A stretch of DNA of 64,000 bases from Octopus vulgaris (GCA_951406725.2 OX597816.1:123442001-123506000), one strand, 5' to 3'. Positions 1-13,864 are shown, counted from the stretch's first letter. The notes: generated from the sequence alone by a model not told the origin. Numbers and translations: made by a program.

Positions 1-1626
1 TTTGGTGTACCAGATATAATTGTCTCTGATAACAGAAGACAGTTTGTATCCTGTGAGTTTAAAAGATTCTGCGAGATGTTATATAAAACTATAGCAATGT
101 ATCACCCTAGATTGAATGGAAGTGCTGAACGGTTCATGGACACTTTTAAAAAAGCTTTAAAGAAAGCTAATAAGAAAGCCACGGATGAGGTCATGATACA
201 ACAATTCTTAAGGATATACAGGGTAACTCTTGTGGCAGGCTGGATAAAATATGTGATATCAGGTCGATATGATGTAGCCCACTACCAAATGTAGGAGTAA
301 TATTTAAAGGTTCTCACGTCGGAGTAACTAGTGAACATCGAAGAATCAACAACAAGAAGGAAGAAATATTATTTACATACATTTATTCATATGCCTGACA
401 GGTAATTAAAGAGATACAGCAGCAATTCTAGTGATAGTGCCAACAAGGTTGGCTTGCTGGATAGTAGTTGATAGTGTAAAACAAGGTTGTCTGTCAGTAG
501 AGAGTGAAAGAGTAAGGAATGCACGGTGCTGACTAGAAAGGATAAAAATGACATTATCTTTCTTGTGGCCAAGCTAAAGGTGAAGGGAAGTGTTGCTCTT
601 GGTCATGGATGACACAGAAGAGCAAGTTTCTCCTTGGTCTGCTGATACAAAAAAGAGGAAGAGATAGGAAGTGTTCTCTGTTATAAAGACTATGGTCAGT
701 AATGTAGGCCAAACTCTGAACATAGGACTGACCTTTCCTTGACCAGCACAGGTCCTAGGGCATCAAGTGTTTCCTCATTAATCATCTAGTGTGGAGAGGA
801 TTTCCCACTCACTTTAACAAGCAACAAGTGGGTGGATTTGGTTCCAAATATCAGGCAAGGTCAAGCTAGATCCTTACACTCCAAACCCCAAATGCATCAG
901 AAGGAAGTTCACCAGCAGAATCAATGGTTGCCAGAAAGGTGAAGTCAGTATTCGATAAACCACTACCAGGGAAGAAAAAATATGTGGTAACAAAGACATG
1001 CCAAAATTCTTTAGAATAGGTGATAAGGTATATGTAAGAATGAACAAAAATGACAAGCAATACTGGGAAGAAGGAGAAATTGTAACATACATAGGAAGAA
1101 TGATACATGGCCTAAGAAGCAGAAATGGAATGGAAAGAAGATATAGAAATCAGCTTAAGGAAAGAGTCATAGAAAAGAACCAACAAGAGTAGAAATACCA
1201 ATGGATTGGCTATGTGACACTTCAGATTCCAACACCATTACAAGAAGTTGAAACCATATATACAAGGGAAAGGAAGAACACTGGATTCCTAAAAGACCCT
1301 AAGAAGAAAAGATATTGAAAATATATATATATAAAAAAAAGGAGGTGGGGAGAATAAAAGAAATTGATTGTTAATAAAAAATGAAAAGGGGAGTTGTTGT
1401 TTAGTGAAACTGTGCATCCTTTCCAGTAAGAAGTGGTAGTAGCCAGCCATTATAAATTGACCAGTAGCTGGTCAACAGGGAGACAGTTGTGAAAGTTGAG
1501 TATACATGTAGACTGTGTTGATAGTCATATCTGTGCTGATATAATAATTATACTGTGATACTGAGTGGACATTATACTGATCCAACCTTTGGAGGATAAT
1601 AACACTGTACGACTGGAGGTCATACA
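1..1626 (+). mobile_element. Ty3/Gypsy LTR retrotransposon remnant (integrase C-terminus, PPT, probable 3' LTR 1395-1626)
   Basis: Frame 1 reads FGVPDIIVSDNRRQFVSCEFKRFC...YHPRLNGSAERFMDTFKKAL (rve). It resumes at ~879 (PNASEGSSPAESMVARKVKSVFD; FRIGDKVYVR...W..G). Purine tract gaaaaggggag precedes TGT at 1395; ends ACA at 1626. Confidence 0.85.
231..878 (-). mobile_element. Solo-LTR-like insertion inside the Gypsy integrase
   Basis: 648 bp with TG...CA termini, flanked by CTCT (227-230) and CTCC (879-882). It splits the integrase motif YRVT|P; AATAAA lies on the minus strand near 385. Confidence 0.7.
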
Positions 1627-2949
1627 GTGCCAGATAGAGCCATTCTATTGATGACTTTGGAATATAACAATATCTGTCAGAGCAACAACTGTTGTCAAAA
1701 GACAGATATAGAAGTGGTAAAAGACCACTTTACAAGTTTTACAAAGGTTTCAAATGCATTTGATAATAAAAACATGATTCCTGTCAACAAACAAAAAAGC
1801 AGGTTTGATATTTTTGGAATGCTTCAACATTAAAAATAACCACAATAGGATTAAATAAAGTGATTAGTGGACTTATTTGGGGGGTTGGCTATTGTTATTC
1901 TCAGGATGAGCAAGCAAAACTGACAACTTTTCACATACAGAGAAGAAACATGTAATGGATAATAGGATCACTTTAAAAGTGGTTCATTTGAAGATCAATT
2001 GGACAACAACAACTTCCTGTGATTTCCAGCATACTCTAAATATAACAGAGGGAATGAAAGTATAATAAAATGAAGTGGAAAAACTGTGAGATAAGAAAAT
2101 ACTTCAGATAAATTTTCTCAGTGAAGATGAGATGTTCAGAGCTATTTTGAGCTGTACAGAAAATATTTGTTAATTCTTAGCTGTACTAGAACACTTCTAT
2201 TATACATCTTCACAAAAAAAAAAAATGTGAACCTAGGTGACATTTATAATTAATCTTTAGTTCAAATCATAATAAACTTTTGTTGTTGTTGAAAGAAACA
2301 CGTAGAAAGTGATAGCATTCTAGATATATTCGATTCTAGGAAAGAAGGTTTATGCAAAACTTTTAGCACATATTAAGATTGATGTCTTAACTTTTCTCAA
2401 TTGAAATGAAATTAGAATCATGTATTGAACTTAACTTTATAGTGTTAATAAAATTGATAGCAATCTCATTGATTATAAACTTTCTAGCTTGGTGAAAACT
2501 TTGAACCAATTAGCAATAAATGAATAAATAACATAAAAATCAATATATACAATCAAGATGTGTTGTATGTATCCATTTAGATGTATTCATTTTGCTATTC
2601 TTTTTTCATTCTACTCCTTTTATTTTATTTTGCAACTAAGGGCCCAGAAACTGGGGGTGCAGGTGGTGTGCTTGCAGCTGCTAAAATCTTTTTCAGGGGA
2701 CTGCAAAATCAAAATTTGCACCTCCTGTATACTTTGCCTGATTTAGAAAATAGTGTCTAAAAGTTGATCAGTAAAAAGTTGCATGAAGTTAGGTTTCTTA
2801 TCAAATCAAGAACAAAGGGCAAAAGTAAATAAATAAAACAAAAGTCCAAAATGTTAACTGATGAACATGGTCCTAAAATTCCCAAGGGAATTCTAGAAAG
2901 ATATACTACTGTACTAAAGCATCATCAGCATCAAAACTAAAATAATATA

Positions 2950-3814
2950 AAGGTGAATAAATTATCATCTAAATTATGCAAAAATGAAAATAACACTGAC
3001 ATCTTAATTTAACAGATATATTTACCAAAATTACATAAAAATATCTTGAAATACTAAAGAGTAAATTTATTCAATAAAATTGCCATTGACTTCAAACACA
3101 GCCTCCAAATAATTTTGGAATCTCCTGCAGCTCTTCTGGATGGTCTCCTTGGTTAAGCTGCCATAATCCTTGTCTTCAGTTTATCTTTGGTTTACAAGGA
3201 GTTTTGTTGGTTTCTCTCTCAACTGCGCCCCACATGTAATAATCAAAGGGATTGCAGTCTGGGGAGTTAGGAGGCCAGATGTTAGGGGTGATGTGGTTGC
3301 AGAAATTGTCTGACAGCCATGACAGGGTTCTCCTGCTTGCATGGCATGATACAGAGTCCTGTTGCTAGACATAGGGTCTTCCAGCAGCCAACCTCTTGAC
3401 CCAGGGTAGCACTACCTCCTCCAGGCATTTGATGTAGGCTTCCATGTTGAATGAGAGGCCATGTGCGAAGATGAATGGAAGCATAATGTCGCCACCACTA
3501 ATGATCACTCCAAACACCATGATGTTGACTGGATGTTTGATTTTATCACTTTTGGTATGTTTTGGGGACACAGCAAGTCAACAGTTGTTCTGTGTGTTCA
3601 CCATTTATTCCTTTTGGAGCTTCCAGCATGAATGCCAAGCAGTACAGCATGTCATTTCCAAATTTCTGGCAGAGTGAATTGCATCATGGTGCAGTTTTGC
3701 TCACAGTATCCAACCGACCCTACTATACTGTGTAGTCGACAAAATCAAAACCAAACAATGTGCATGCACGAAATAAAAAATATAAAATGGTGACAATTTA
3801 CTCATTGCACCCTG
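2950..3814 (-). mobile_element. Tc1/mariner superfamily transposon remnant, maT/DD37D-like
   Basis: Minus-strand KHPVNIMVFGVIISGGDIMLPFIF...YIKCLEEVVLPWV, then QQDSVSCH...WPPNSPDCNPFDY. Terminus TA-CAGGGTGCAATGAGTAAATTGTCAC at 3790-3816; degenerate partner near 2950. Confidence 0.85.
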
Positions 3815-4936
3815 TATCATCATCATCATGTATATTTATATATATATATATCTATATATATTTATGTATGTATATATATATGTACACACAAACACACAAA
3901 CACACACAGATACACACACACACATATATATACTTTGTCACATACAAAAACTATCTTCCCAGTTAGCCTCCCTTTGATATTGCTGCACCTCTTATGTGTC
4001 CATAGCTTACACTGTGTATATCTTATGGAGTTTATACCTATGCTTTTTCTACAGATTGAGCAGGGCCATCTACCTGAAAGGATTTGTGGTTTATCTGCCT
4101 TCCTACTTATTCTTTCGTATTCTTTCAGCAGAGTTATTTAAAATCGAGTAGGGGAATCCGAGTGTGTGCACTAGTTTATAAAGAGTGGGGTGGTGGTGGA
4201 AGAGTTGGGAGTGTTGGCGAAGCAAGTGGTAATCAAAACAGAGAGAGAGAGAGAGAGAGACAGAGTGAGGCAGACAGAGAGGGAGACAGAGTTAGTGTTG
4301 TCAGGGAAAGAAAACGAGTAAGAAAAATATTCTTTTGGGATTTTGGGTAACATAATTTAATGAAACAGCAAATGCTGATAATAGTGAAATAGAATTGAAA
4401 AATCTTAGAATTTCCGGTCAGCCAATCTGTGACAAAATTGGAGAAATAAGTGACGATGTAACAAACTTGAATAAATAAATAAGTGACGAATAGCGACATC
4501 ATTATTACCATGCTGCTACGATAATGACTACTACTACTCTGATTAGTGAGGAATCACGTTTTTCTTTCCCCCTCCTCTCCAATATCCACCTCAATCTGAA
4601 TGTATACCTAACAGCTCCATGATAAATCTTCCAACTGGAAATAAACTAAAATTTATGAACGCATGAAACCCCAAAATATGCCAGTTTCCTCAATGCAAGA
4701 GACTATGCATACACAGTAACTGCAATATTGCTCATTTACCTGGTACAAGATGCACAATTCAGACAAGCAACATAAGCTAATGCCAAAGCACACATCTTAT
4801 ACCACCACCACCACCATCACCACCACCACCACTTCTATGCGATTTTTTTCCAATTGCTTCTTTGTCGTCCTTCTGTGAAATTTTTTAATCTGTCTATCTG
4901 TCTGTCTGCCTCACACTATGTGTTTGTATGTATATA

Positions 4937-5410
4937 TTCTTTTACTCTTTTATTCTTTTACTTGTTTGTCATTTTACTGTGGGCATGCTGGAACACCGCC
5001 TTGTAGGGTTTTTTGTCTAATGAATTGATACCAGTACTTACTTCTTTTTTTTTTAAAACCTTGGTAATTACACAATCAATCTTTTTTTGCCAAACCACTA
5101 GCTTAAGGAGAGGTAAACATACCAAAACCAATTGTTAAGCAGTAATGGGGAGGAAAAACACAGATACAAAGACACACACATATATGTACATAATACATAC
5201 ACACATACACACATGTATATATATAATATATATATATACATACATATACGATGGGCTTCTTTCTATTTCCATCAACCAAATCCACTCACAAGGCTTTTAG
5301 TTGGTCTGAGGCAACAGAAGACACTTGCCCAAGGTGTGACGTAGTGGGACTGAACCTGGAAACATGCAGTTGAGAAGCAAACTTCTTACCCCACAGACAT
5401 ACCTGTACCT
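4937..5410 (-). mobile_element. tRNA-derived SINE, family A (CORE-like domain)
   Basis: Matches the multi-copy GGCTGTGTGGTAAGAAG...CACCTTGGGCAAGTGTCTTCT...GTGGATTTGG unit with an internal TA/CA tract and (AAAAGAGT)-type tail. Confidence 0.8.
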
Positions 5411-5424
5411 GTATATAAATTCAA

Positions 5425-5845
5425 AATGGTTTAAACCAGATCATACTGGTCAAAACCAGTCCAAACTGGATCAGACGATTTGCATCCATCAAACATTTTG
5501 ATCAAACATTTTGATCAAACATCATCATCAACCAATCCAAACTAGCTGAAATCTGCCCAAACTGGTTCAAACCAGTTCAATTCAGGTCAATCCAGTTCCA
5601 ACCAGTTCAAACTGGATCAGGGAATGGTTTGAAACAGTTTGGACAAGTTTGAACCAAACCAGTTTTGATGGGTTTGAACAGGTTTGAACCAGTTTGATCT
5701 AGTTTCAATGGGTTTGGTCTGGTTTGGACTGGTTGATGATGTTTGATGGAAATATTTGATGAAAATGATTGATGGATGCAACTGGTTTGATCCTGTTTGG
5801 AGTGATGTAATAGGTTTCTACTGGTGTTGACCAATTCAAACTGCG
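5425..5845. repeat. Foldback/MITE-like palindrome built of ~10-bp AAACCAGTTC/AAACTGGTTC subunits
   Basis: 5480-5543 (ttgcatccatcaaacattttgatcaaac...atcaaccaatccaaac) is the near reverse complement of 5722-5781. Confidence 0.75.
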
Positions 5846-5849
5846 TCAG

Positions 5850-5985
5850 GACACTTTTCCATGGACTTTGCCATGCCTCCATGGACTTTCCCAGGAAGCC
5901 TCACTTTCCTAATTTCCTTTCCACGGGCTTTTCCAGGAAGTATTCTTTCCACGGTTTCTTTCATGTACCCCTGGACTTTTCCAGA
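5850..5985. repeat. Degenerate minisatellite (CCATGGACTTTTCC-like units)
   Basis: Recurring ccatggacttt / ccacgggctttt / ccctggactttt motifs. Confidence 0.55.
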
Positions 5986-7114
5986 TACACACACACACAC
6001 ATATATGACGAGCTTCTTTCATTTCTGTCTACCAAATCTACTCACAAGGCTGAACCACTTTTTACCACACAGTCACACCTGTGCAGTCATAAAAAATTTT
6101 GGACCCGGGTTTGCACACCCTAAGCAAATTTCATTCTTGGGCCCCTGCTTTCTCATAATTTTGCTACAGCAGATGGCTGACCACAAGAACTCATCACCTT
6201 TGCAGACCATCAGGGACTATTAAAATTGATGCAGTTGATATTTAACTCAAACACCTTATTTGAGATATTTTCAGGGAAAACATGCATAGGAAGAAATATT
6301 TAGAGTATTTAGAGTTGTGGAGAATAAACTTGAAGTGAAACACAGTCAGACAGAAGAAGGGGAGATAAATAGTTCAAATGGGTAGAGAGGGTTTAAATCT
6401 TACTAGCTCTTAGTAATCACTGTGGAAGAAGTCAATCTGATTGATATATATATATTATGCCTTAAACTGAATTCAAATAAATATAAATACAGTATATGAC
6501 ATGTGTGTAACAGCAGCACCATTCTATAGATAAGGAATTATAGTCAGATGTAGGCTAGGCTTGAACTTTGTTGAGGAATGTTAGCATAAATGTTTTACAA
6601 ATTTAGACATCTACACTGATAAAAGCATTTTACAGTAAAATACACTCTGTGTAAGTAAATTGAAGGCATGACATCTCCCATTAAGTCAGTTCCATGTATA
6701 TAGCATACTTTACTCAAGAGGAATTATGTAACAACTCAATCACTTCAATATTTAGATCATTATCTAATGGTATGTAATCCAGCATTTATCGCTGCACGAT
6801 TTAAATTTTTAATGAAAGCAATATGATGGATCATCTGCCAGTTTCGATGATAAGCACTCAGTCATGTGTTCTACTGAATTCCTGGTACATTACATTAATA
6901 TGCAACTGCTAGAATATTCCATAGACTTGTGTATCTCTATTTAACGAAATTCTCATGCTGAAACAGTGTGACACAATATGTAGCAAAGCTAACCCTGAAT
7001 CACACAGGGTCCCACACAGTTTTTATCAACCCAGTTTCATTTATAAAGTTTCAGTCATACTGAGGTTATGGTAAAAGACATTTGTTCTAGATGCCACTCA
7101 GTAGCAATGACATT

Positions 7115-7334
7115 CTTATTTCTTTTTTACCCACAAGGGGCTAAACATAGAGGGGACAAACAAAGGATTTAGTCAATTACATCGACCCCAGTGCATAATT
7201 GGTACTTTATTTATCGACCCTGAAAGGATGAAAGGCAAAGTCGACCTCGGTGGAATTTGAACTAAGAACGTAATGGCAGATGAAATACCGCTAAGCATTT
7301 CGCCAGCGTGCTAACGTTTCTGCTTGCTCGCCGC
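7115..7334 (-). mobile_element. tRNA-derived SINE, family B (Meta-like central domain)
   Basis: Reverse strand GCGGCGAGC...GTTCAAATTCCACCGAGGTCGACTTTGCCTTTCATCCTTTCAGGGTCGATAAA; near-identical copy at 18270-18506. Confidence 0.8.
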
Positions 7335-7555
7335 AATAACATTCTTAATCAACTGGCTATGTAACATCAACGAAAGTAAGATACACATGCATTGTACCAG
7401 TAGGGTTACTTAGGTATACTGTGCTAGGATAAACTTGACTATCATACATTATTAAAATCAACTGAAACATTATGATCACAGACTCTACATTATCATAATT
7501 CCATATCCATGTTTTCTGCTTAGTTACACATTTTGATACTGTATAATATTTGACA

Positions 7556-7960
7556 CTAGCTTGAAAACCTCGCTCCATGCAGACTTTAAAGCTACCTCCT
7601 GTGGAGGGCCAATTGAGCCTGGAGCCCAAAACTAAAGAGAACAATAATAATAAAGCATTTGTTGGTACCCTATCAATATGGTATTACTTTAAATTCAGTT
7701 TAAATGAAAAACTTGTAAGTTCACAAAGTTCTGGAGTTCTTTTAAAATTTGAATTTTCAACTGTTAGCATATAATAAATCCTCATCTAGACCTGATCACA
7801 ATGGTGAGTGTTCAAGAACTAAATGAAGGGCAGATTTTCAATCCCAAATTCATCCTGATTCCAAAAAGGTATGATATGTGTATGTAGAGCCAATGTAGAC
7901 TGAAATACAGGAGTCCTGGACAGGCAGACAGACAAAATTTCCTGTTCATTATTACGGATG
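7556..7960 (-). mobile_element. Non-autonomous Helitron-like element
   Basis: Starts at A|CTAG (minus-strand CTAG-T 3' end) and shares both terminal blocks with the helicase-bearing element at 12450-13610. Confidence 0.55.
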
Positions 7961-9009
7961 ATGTTTCATTGTATCTAACTAATATAATAGTTTGCTTAAA
8001 CAGTTTTTAAAAATTTCAGACAGACAGCCTCCTTATTGGGGAAATTTCTCTAGGTCAATATGTGTTAAAAGTACATATGCAATAGAGAACTTTATATTAA
8101 TACATACAATGAAATATTTTGAAAAGGAAAGCTTCTAAGTGACCTTGGTTTCCTTGCTAGACCAAATTCAGGAGCATTTTATGAAGAAATTCATAGCTAG
8201 CTACAGTTGTGTTTTATTAATAGTCTAGGTATACTGAACAGTCATCACATGCCAAAAGGTATTTTAATTCTTAATTTGAATGAATTGGGAATATATCATT
8301 TAATCTTTCTTAGAAGTATATAAATCAGATACCTTGTTGATACTGCCAAAGGTATTGAAATAAAATGATCAGTGAAATGTGTGAGAGAGAATATTTCATT
8401 TAAATTGCAGAAGTTTATCATTAGCATTTATCTTTACTTTTCAAACTATTTCAATGAGTATAGGAGGAGAAATATGGTTAATATTGTGACATTTATTAGC
8501 TGGAGAGAGAATATTAGGCCTAGAAAATGAAATATTCATTTTAAAGTTATAGCATAAATACTGCTCTACAGCTTCATATTTTTTAATACAATTTTCTAGA
8601 AAACTTAGGAATAACTAACTGTGTTAACTTGGAAACAGATAATAACTTAATGAAAATAACATAGAAAGGGGGAAAAAAAACTTTATATTTTCCAAAACTG
8701 TAACAGACAAGTTTGTAGAATGGAGATTAAAACAAAAACGTTTTTTAATTAAAGTCTTGCCTGCAGGTCTTTCCAAAAACAAAAGGAACAGTAACTTGGA
8801 ATTTATTATAATGGAAAATAGTAAGAGGCTGTGCCTTTTAAATTTTATTGTTTTGTTTTTAATATAATAGTAGAGATTTCTATATCATCATCATCATCAT
8901 CATCATCCTTGTTGTCGTCATCATCATCATTATCACCATAACCACCACCACCACCACCACCATCATCATCATTACATCCAAATTTAATTAGCATGTAATA
9001 GCTTTTGGT

Positions 9010-10600
9010 GACAGTAAGTTTCTGAAGAATCTTTCTTAGGATTCTTGCAGATTACAGGATGGCACTTTGTCTGCAGGCTGACAATATGTGTCTTAATTTT
9101 AATATTCTTCATAGTACAACTGCTGTGCTGAGTGCACCAATTACCACAGGAACAATTTTCACCTTTGTGTTCTGCAATTTCTTCATCTCTCTCTCTCTGT
9201 CTAGATCCTAAAGTTCTTTAATTTTCTCAGTATTTGCTCCTCTGTTGTAAAGTATTGTGATGTCTATGATTCCACACTGTTTGTTTCCTTGTTTTCTTTA
9301 TTTCTTCTGTCTTCTACAAACATCTTTAGTTTCCTTGATTCAATAGTATGGTCAGTTTTTATCACCTAAAAATCCTGTAATTATCATTCACTGTACAACC
9401 GCTGGCTCATGTGTTTCTATCACTTTTCTTCCACTTTGAAACCACAAACTTGGCTCAACTCACAAAGTGCTCTTTTACTAACATGGTCATGATTATGCTT
9501 ATTTTCTTTTAGAGTGAGCTTAGAGCATTTACTCAAGATATGGTTTATGCTGTTCTCTTCTTATCCTCCTCCTCCTTCGCATCATCATCCTTCATTCACT
9601 CATTCATTCATTTGTCCTTTTTTTTATTGCATTCTCACACTAGACCATCACTGAGCACAGCTGTAATTACAAGCAGTGTTTTTATTTGGCTTTACTATTT
9701 TTGCTGTATTGAAAGTACCTTACAAAATATGTGTATGGTGTCTAGTAGTGCTATTTTCAGTTTGTTATGCTTATGTTTTTAAATCCTAAGATTGAAGTCA
9801 TGTATTTGTCAACATAGTATCTATCATTTCCAAAGCACCTATTATCAGAGTGACTACTTTTGGGTTATCTCTATCACTATTTCTTTATATTTAGACAATT
9901 TCTTCTTCTTTTTTAAAAACACATTATCATCTGTTAGAACTTATATACCAATAATGAGGCAACTTTTTTTTCTGATGGTCCTTGACAAATTTCTTGTCAG
10001 CTACCCTTGTGTTTCTTGTCTGTGTGTATTGGTATATTACAGACTGTGGTTGTTTTATGATTTATGGAGACCTTTTCTGGTGTATGCTGTGTCATCTGGG
10101 CAGTTGCTCATGGGTCACAAGTCTAGGGGCTTAATTCTGATCTATGTATGCTTTGCCTTCCTGTCAACAAATAAATACTATAGGGTCCAGTACATTGATT
10201 TACCCAAGAGCATACAGTGCTGCTAAGACAACTCTGGGTATATATCTATAACATCTCTTTTCTCCTAGTATTTCATAGTCCTGATAAAACGACTTATGTA
10301 TATAAGTCCTAACTTAGTCATTTATCTAGATGTATTCTTTCTTGTCAAAGATTGGGCAGTCAGAGATATTGCAGATAAATGTTTCTTCACTATCTCTACA
10401 TATTCTACAAATTCTTACTGTATTTTGCTGCATGTTATGCTTTTGGCTTTTATGATGGGGAACTTTGGTCTTTTGATTTAATCGAGAAACTCTCAGTCCC
10501 TGGTTTGAGTCCTGTGCTTCTCAGCCAATGTTGGGAATTTTCTTTGTCTATTTACTTTCTGTTTAGCTTTTTCCAGTATTGGCAAGATAATTGGTAACCC
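9010..10600 (-). mobile_element. Highly degenerate non-LTR retrotransposon, R4/Dong-like (restriction-like endonuclease C-terminus)
   Basis: Minus-strand fragments HDHV..., KTDHTIESRK and KKLQNTKVKIVPVVIGAL resemble RLE-clade C-termini; many stops; upstream boundary uncertain. Confidence 0.5.
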
Positions 10601-10942
10601 GCAGGTGCTGGTACCACATAAAAAGCACTGGTTCCACATAAAATGGAGTCATGCTGATAGCATGTAAAAAACGTGTGCTAATGCCAAGTAAAAAAGCACC
10701 TGTTCTGGTGCCATGTTAAAGCACCCATGCTGGTGTCACATTAAAAGCACACATGTTCATGGCATGTAAAAAGCATCCATGCTGGTGCTGCATAAAAAGC
10801 ACCCAGAAGGGCATCTAGCTGTAGAAACTATGCCAAAACAGACAATTAAATCCTAGATCTCTGGCTAGCCAACTCCTGTCAAACCGTTCAGCCCATAGAA
10901 GCATGGAAAATGAACATTAAGTATTGATAATGATGATGATAA
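10600..10942 (+). mobile_element. RTE-clade LINE 3' tail / derived SINE with internal tandem repeats
   Basis: Repeated TGGTGCCA..TAAAAAGCAC units, then GGGCATCTAGCTGTAGAAAC...GCATGGAAAA and a (GAT)n tail. Confidence 0.65.
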
Positions 10943-11403
10943 CCATGTAAGATATTTTCATTGCACCATTTTGGTATTCTGTAGATGAATTTTAGTCTAA
11001 ATTTTATCTCTTTCATGATTTTTCTCATTACTTTTACATGTTTTTCATAGGTACCTGCTGTTATTGCTGCCTCTGTTTTATATTTGTTGTCTTCCATGTA
11101 GATAGAAAATAAATCGTTTTTTTTTTTTTTTTTGGTTCATGTTTTGTAGCAATTTGCATTAAATTTCCATGAATCTGTGCTAGGTACTTCTGTAGACCTC
11201 CTCCTCCCTCCCCCTTCCTGCTGCTCCTCCTCCTCCTCCTACTACTACTACCAGCACCACCAACACCATTAATACCACCATCCTCTTCATCATCCTCATT
11301 ATTACTACTACTACTTCTATTATTTTATTATGATTTTGACTACTACTGCTACCCCTATTATTTTATTATTACATGAAATATTTTAATTTCTTCTTTTACT
11401 CAG

Positions 11404-11575
11404 AAATAATACAAAAAGTAAAAAAACCACCACCATTAATACGGCCATCGGTCTCACCACAAGCTGCTCCACCGCACTATATTCAGCTAATGAAACAATG
11501 TTGGGCCGAAAATCCAGATATGCGTCCAGATATTGAAAGTATATATCATCAATTTAAAGAGTTTAATAATGGAAG
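11404..11575 (+). CDS. Receptor guanylyl cyclase (retinal GUCY2D/GUCY2F-like), internal exon: C-terminal kinase-homology domain
   Basis: Translates (E)[56 protein letters not shown](R), with the CW.E.P..RP subdomain XI motif. Polypyrimidine tract + CAG acceptor at 11401-11403; AG|GTAAGT donor at 11576; phase 2 end matches the next exon. Confidence 0.93.
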
Positions 11576-12449
11576 GTAAGTATGCATTTGAGTCATCCCC
11601 TATTTGTATCTGCTTGATTGCAGGGAACTGGTTTAATTAAGCCTGCGGTATACATGAATCCATAAATGCAATTGGTTGTGTGATGGAGGAAAAAGACAAC
11701 AGAAAAAGAGGTAAAAGGAAGAAAGAAATACAGAGACCTTACCTGTTGACCATGGCAGGATGAGCAATCACTGTCAACAAAAAAACACATCCTTCCACAC
11801 TGGCTGTCTCTCATCAAACTGCTCCACGTGCTTTCTGCCTATGCATACCCCTGTGGCTCTTCCACCAGCCCCTGCAGTCTTCACTTCTGTTTACCTCACC
11901 TGCAATCCTCTCCACCAACACAACATAGATCATCACAGTCCATAACACCACAAACACCACAGTAACATTTGTGTATATGTACTGCAAATGAAGTATATTG
12001 AAAATGTAAACACACAAATACCTACATGTCTCACAGCTCATTTTACTCTGTCTTTTTATATGTTAACATAAATTAGTCAAAGGCTCAAACACATTTCATT
12101 TCTCTCCTGCTCTTACAGGTCATTCTGTATTCTTATGACAATGCATCCTCTTCATACTCAATATAGTTTTCCACAGACAAAGATATTCTACATCAGCAAC
12201 AGAACTCCCTAAACTTTCTTACTTTAGTAGTTATGCTAGCATCACAACCCCTATCATCTTTAATTAGGCACACTTTCACAACAACTATTTCAAGAAGAAT
12301 GAATTAAATAAAATATTTTGCGTATTCAGAAAAAAAAAATTATAACAAGCTACATCGACATAGAATAAATTTAAAATCATAACTATTTATCAAGAATATG
12401 TTCTTATATAAATCATTTATGACAATAGATAGCTTAAATTTATGTAATA

Positions 12450-13610
12450 CTAGCTTAAAAGCCACACATCATGTAAACTTCTGCAGAAGCTTAAATGGGC
12501 CAGCGGCTCAAAACTAAAGAGAGAAATAACAATAAAACATTTATTGGTATCCTACTGTCTCAGATTTATATCACAGAGTATTTAGAGAATTTTGTACCAC
12601 AGTAACATTCGGAGATCACTGTACAATAGCAGGATAAACAATATTCTAGGTTTTACTATTTGATGTGAGTATCAAAAGATTGTTGTGATTTCTAACTCTG
12701 GGACAACCAACATAGACCTGACCATGAGAAAAGCACTGGTGCATGAAGTGAAGTCCAACAATTTTGAGTAATTGTCTTTGGCACTTGCTAATTGACATTG
12801 CAAAACTAACTCTTACTGAAAATTGAAGTCTCTTAAATTCAAAGGGTATGTCTGCTGGAATCAGTGAAATTCTTGAAATAAACACATTTTCTCCCTTTCC
12901 TTGTCCAGTGAGGATTGTTGCTTCCAAAAGATGTGGATGCATTTGCATGACACAGCCAGTCTTGTTCCATTGCACAGCTCTAGGGAATCCAGATTTCTCA
13001 AAAGCATTATTGGAACTCCTTTCTACAATATCAGTTTGTGAGAAGGCATTCCAGAAGGAGTTAAGAAACTCAGTATTATAAAAGATGTATATATATAAAT
13101 ATATATATATATCTTGGCTTTGTGTCTGTGTTTGTCCCCAACTACCACTTCATAACTGTTGTTGGAGTATTTATGTTCATGTAACTTAGCCAGTAAAAGA
13201 GCCAATAAAAAAGTACCAGGCATAAAAACAAAAGAACTGGTGTTGATTTGTTTGATTAAAATTCTTCAAGGTGGTGCCCCAGTGTGGTCACATTCTGATG
13301 ATGGAAAAAGATAAAAGAACCACTAAGTTCCTTAGTAAAACTTTAGGCTAAGGGAGGTAACTCTTGTTCACCTATCTCAATAATACTATGGTATGAAACC
13401 TCTCGTGGTTGCTTTACCTGCTAGAAGTAGTAACCCAAATGCTTCTAAATCAGATCCTAATTCTGGATGGTCAAGAACCAAATGAAGGGTAGATTTTCAA
13501 TCCCAGGATCATCCTGATTCTGTAAAGGTATAATATGTCTATGTAGAACAAATGTAGACTGAGATACAGAAGTTTCAGATGGACAGACAGAATTTTACTT
13601 TTATTGATAT
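12450..13610 (-). mobile_element. Helitron remnant with PIF1-like helicase C-terminus (12640-12975)
   Basis: LEATILTGQGKGENVFISRISLIPADIPFEFKRLQFSVRVSFAMSISKCQ...CFSHGQVYVGCPRV...NIVY is a RepHel C-terminus. CTAG end at 12450-12453; SINE A tail nested at ~13100-13320. Confidence 0.88.
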
Positions 13611-13864
13611 ATATTAATAATTAATTCAAAGCCCAGAGCACATACAAGTCTTCAATGTGTTATAATTTATATACATTTGCTAGAAAGCATGTTATGTTTA
13701 TGATTCAATATCAAAAATGCTAGCTGCAGAATGATAAATAATAACAAAAATTTTTATAATTTATAATTTTTCAAAATATTTATCATTGCTGCATGTTTGT
13801 GTATAGCACAAAACATGCTTGTGCTGCTGCACCCTGCACCCATTTTTCTTTTCTTTCTTTTTTA

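Noticed and set aside
9792-10226. 144-aa + strand ORF
   Set aside because: No recognisable motif; antisense to a decayed non-LTR element.
1627-11403. Upstream kinase-homology exons of the cyclase
   Set aside because: No DVYS-type or other matching segment was seen by eye; they probably lie before the window, though a short exon could have been missed.
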